NCBI GenBank assembly: GCA_030390025.1
Contig: CM059431.1
Coordinates: 142,664,001-142,728,000, forward strand
From: Squalus acanthias
Taxonomy: Eukaryota
DNA length: 64,000 nucleotides
Direction: 5' to 3'
Shown: positions 60,290 to 64,000 of the stretch, in pieces
Position numbering within the stretch: position 1 is the first letter of the stretch
Layout: each line of letters begins with the position of its first letter
Notes under the pieces: generated by a model
Database searches by the model: none
What the model was told of the DNA's origin: nothing
What the model saw: the letters and a program-made list of their open reading frames with translations, nothing else
Made by a program: the position numbers and the translations under genes

Positions 60290-60602
60290 CGCCAGTGAGT
60301 CAATAACCTAAGGTCATGGATTTAAAATCACTGGCAAATGATCTAGAGGGAGATGAGGAGAGTTATTTCACTCAGAGAGTTGTCGGGATCTGGAACGCTC
60401 GACCTCAACAGGTGGTGGAAGCTGATTCTATCATTAATTTTAAAGGGAGTCGGACAGGTACTTGAGGATGAGGAACCTTCAGGGTTAGGGACAAAAAGCG
60501 GGGGGGGGGGGGGTGGTGGGACTAAGCACGGCTGCTCTTTCTAAACCAGCACAGGCACGACGGGCCAAATGGCCTCCTGTGCTGTGAGTTTCTATGATTC
60601 TA
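60290..60602 (+). mobile_element. CR1 3' fragment
   Basis: MRRSYFTQRVVGIWN-like sequence plus the TTCTATGATTCT tail. Confidence 0.75.
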
Positions 60603-60750
60603 TATACACACCCACAGTTTATATTTTCACACGGAGTTGTTTGCAGTTCTAACTATTGTCTACACGCCGAAAGTTTAATTGTTTTTCGGAAGTTGCTCGC
60701 CCTGTTGTGTGTTTTGAGCAGTTTCCTAGTTTATTTTGTTGTGATGTGGA

Positions 60751-60823
60751 GAACTCGTGGAGCAACGGTAGCCCGTCTGACTCCAGCTCAATAAGAATGT
60801 GTGTTTAAATCACGTCGGATTCA
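60751..60823 (+). tRNA. tRNA-Trp(CCA) pseudogene
   Basis: GAACTCGTGGAGCAACGGTAGCCCGTCTGACTCCAGCTCA...TGTTTAAATCACGTCGGATTCA matches vertebrate tRNA-Trp with several substitutions, including the B box. Confidence 0.8.
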
Positions 60824-61074
60824 GAGCTGATTTTAGCGATGATTGGAGTCTGGATAATTCCAGAACCATATATTCTTTGCTTTTTCATAATAATCAGAAC
60901 CTTGCTATAAAGTCTGTCTCACTGGTTCCCCAGTGTCAGGGAGAGAAGCGCCAGATGCCCTCATTTATTTAATGTAACAAACAGACACAAAGACACGTGT
61001 TCAGTAAAGTGTTCCACACAGCTCAATAAACCCTGGCCCCCTCCCCACTTTCAGGGAATCTCCCAATGCGCTTC

Positions 61075-61430
61075 ATAGATGAGGAAATTCAGCCCATCCT
61101 GCCTGGGCCGGTTCTTTGAAACCCACACCCAGCGTTTTCCGTTATATTCCTGCTAATTATTTGTCTTCAAATACATGTCCAATTGCCTTTTGAATGTTAG
61201 CATGGAATCTGATTCCACCATCCTTTCAGTCCCGATCTTAACAACCCTCGGTGTGAGAAGAATTCTCCTAATGTCCCCTATAGTTCTTTTGCTAATTATT
61301 TTATTTTAAATTTCTGACCTCTGGTTTCTGATACACTCGTCCTACTTGCTCAATCAAAATCCTTCATAATATTGAACACCTCTAGTCGGTATTTCCCGTA
61401 TCGTTCTCTAAGTAGAATAATCCCAGGGTT
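61075..61430 (-). mobile_element. Old CR1 3' fragment
   Basis: Reverse-strand CR1 3' UTR and RT C-terminus remnant. Confidence 0.6.
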
Positions 61431-61485
61431 AGTTTTCCAATAGCAGCAAATCGACTACGAAGCAGCTGATTCCACAAAATACAAT

Positions 61486-62250
61486 GGCCTAGAAATTCGA
61501 TTCGGAGGCTTGCCACGGGGGTAAGGATTGCGCGCGCTCTTACCCACCGCGTCTGCCGTTCTTGTTTGCCCCCGCAGGAACTTCGGGTCCTGGGCCTCTC
61601 CCTAGTGCCGGCGCGCAGTGCTTGCGTGTTCCAGGGGCGCAGTTAGTGCGATGTGACCCCTGGGATCACGTGGGCCATGGAGAGCCAATGGCAGCAGACC
61701 ATCTTTCATTCATAGATTTGACAGGCGACCTGTCAAATCTGTGAATTGAAATCGGCCCCAAAAGAACAGCCAAACCTCAAATAATGTTTTTCAAAAGCCC
61801 ATCACATTAATAAAATAACTATAGTTAAATAAATTAACCACTTTAAACAAAAATTTAAATTTTTGAAAAAATTAAAATACTTTTTAAAAGTTATAAAAAT
61901 AAACTTACCTTTTTTTAAAGTCTCTAAAAAAGATAAACCTGTTGAAAAAAAATTTAAATTATACTTAATTAACTACTTACCTTGTTAAAAAAGGGGTCTT
62001 GCGCCTCCTTTTTACGAGCGTAGAAGATTCAATACTTACCCTCGCTTTGAAACCTGAAAAAAACCGAAGTGTGCTGCGCGCGCGCAGCCTCTAGTGCGCA
62101 CGCGGTTCACCTAGGAAGCGCCCCCTGCCCCATACCGGAAGTGCCGGATTCCCGCGCATGCGCAGTGCATGCAGGAAACGTGCACTTCGGGAATGAATAC
62201 GGGTGAGTACGCACTGAGTACTCACCCGAGAACGGCCGAATTTTTGGGCC
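61486..62250 (+). mobile_element. Non-autonomous PIF/Harbinger-type MITE, copy 2
   Basis: TIRs GGCCTAGAAATTCG / CGAATTTTTGGGCC and a TSD AAT. The AT-rich core is nearly the same as in copy 1. Confidence 0.85.
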
Positions 62251-62279
62251 AATGTCACGGAGAAGTGAAAAGATCTGCA

Positions 62280-62363
62280 TGTCAGAAGTGGGATTTGAAC
62301 GCATGCCTATTTGAAAAGATTGCGATGTGAATGCAGCGCCTTAAACTATTCGGCCACCCTGAC
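62280..62363 (-). tRNA. tRNA-Leu(CAG)-derived pseudogene
   Basis: The minus strand reads GTCAGGGTGGCCGAATAGTTTAAGGCGCTGCATTCACATCGCAATC...GTTCAAATCCCACTTCTGACA. It has a long variable arm and a mutated anticodon loop. Confidence 0.8.
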
Positions 62364-62659
62364 TCAAGGACCGCTTCAATGTGCCTAAATTTCCCCACAG
62401 TGGCCCAAATACAGTTCCACTCATTTTGTTCCTCCGTAACTATTGGAAACCTCCGTGGACTTGAATAACTTCACTTCTGTCCCACACTAAAACCTCTGAA
62501 TCTTTCTCCTCCGTTACCTTTTCCAGGCATTTCACTGATCGAAACCACACAACTCACACAGGAAATTGATTTTTTAGGTGATTAACTTTCTGAAGGAGCT
62601 CCAGAATTGTCCGACCCTAATCTACTGAAACAGATTATTCTCGCTGGAATCCTTTTCAT

Positions 62660-62900
62660 ATAATCATAGAATTATATAATGATACAGCACAGAAGGAGGG
62701 CGTTCGGCCCATCCTGCCTGTGTCGGCTCGTTGGTAGAGCTATCCCATCAATCTCAGTCCCCTCCTATTTCCCCATAGCCGTTTAAATTTATCTTCAATT
62801 ATTGATCCAGTTCTCCTTTGAAAGTCACTGTTGAATCTGTTTCCGCCGCCCCTTCAGACAGTGCAATCCATATCACAAAAATGGTTATGTGTAAAAAAAA
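62660..62900 (-). mobile_element. CR1 3' fragment
   Basis: ATCATAGAAT tail and 3' UTR. Confidence 0.7.
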
Positions 62901-63164
62901 AGTCGTCTCGGGTTCATCTTCGACGTGGATCGGCTGCTCTCGGCCCCCAGGACGGGACCATTCTAATTCTGTGACTGTAGCCAATTTTGTTCGGGCAGAG
63001 TTTTGACTGAAACGTCACACTTGCCTCGTAAAGGACAATAAAGCAGGGGAGGCTGTAACCTCTGAAAAATCTGAGGCCAATCAGAAAAGTTTGTGCCTCT
63101 GAATCTCTAACTTGTTCTGTTCCTTTTAAAAGTTTCACCATTTATATGTACATTACTTGAAGAG

Positions 63165-63292
63165 AAAAATACTGGGCAATATGTAAAGAGAAGGGGAGTG
63201 GGATTAATGCGATAGCTCCACCAAAGAGCCGGCACAGACACGATGGGCCAATAGCCTCCTTCTGTGCTGTATCATTCTATAATTCTATGATT
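63165..63292 (+). mobile_element. CR1 3' terminal fragment
   Basis: GAGCCGGCACAGACACGATGGGCC...TTCTATAATTCTATGATT. Confidence 0.7.
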
Positions 63293-64000
63293 ACGCGGCA
63301 CCTACAATCTTGTCTTTGGCACTTACAGTGAAGCGGAGACCAGTTTTCACTCTTAAACCAGCAATTATAATATTAAGCAAAAGTGCAGGAAAAAAATCAG
63401 TGTTCAGCGCGATGACATCGCGGCAGGAATTCAGACCTGCGGACCGAACGTGAAAGCAACATGAAAGGATGATACAAATATTCACCCAATGTGGACCTCG
63501 AACCAACCACACTAACATTAAGAATCTGAAGCTTTTCTGACTGGACTAGCCGGGCTGACTAAATTCTACGTTTTGTCGCTTATTAAAGTGAGGCGACTGT
63601 TGGCTCCGCCCCAGCGGTTCGACATGTGCTAAAAACCACGGACCAAGTCCTCCTTAATTCCAAGGTGTATAAAGAAGTCAACCCTCAAACCATTCATTGA
63701 TCACAGGGGTTCTGACAATGTTCTGATGGCCTTTGCCCTTGTCAATATCTCTTGTCTATTTCCCGGTGTTTCCCGATACTCTCCGTATCTCTGGCTCTGT
63801 TTATCTGTGTGTGGCTACCTGCAGGTTGATTTTGTGTCTGTTATATTAAATAAACGAGGGCATCAGGTGCTTCTCTCCGTGGCCCTGCGGAACTAGTATG
63901 AGAGACTTTAGAGTGAGGTACTAGTTATGTGGAAATGTAAAGAAAACATGTGTGTATCTGGACTTGGTCGAACACAATAAAAAGATTTGTATTTGCAAAC

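Overview
Repeat-rich vertebrate genomic DNA, almost certainly from a cartilaginous fish (shark). This is inferred from the CR1, Penelope, DeuSINE and Harbinger repeat content and the GPCR family present. Host genes form a cluster of two-exon GPR139-like class A GPCRs: one intact gene (38456-38525 joined to 39276-40174, 322 aa), exon 1 of a second gene on the minus strand at the left edge, and two decayed exon-2 pseudogenes. Positions ~17-24 kb hold a pol-less LTR/ERV remnant with two diverged env-like C-terminal modules whose cysteine pattern resembles F-type fusion proteins. The window also has two inverted Penelope-like insertions with hammerhead-ribozyme motifs, a 26-bp satellite with higher-order structure and a near full-length CR1. 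The right end is a small-RNA zone with a vault RNA gene, three tRNA pseudogenes and possible collapsed U2 relics. All calls were made by eye; no database searches were run and repeat boundaries are approximate.
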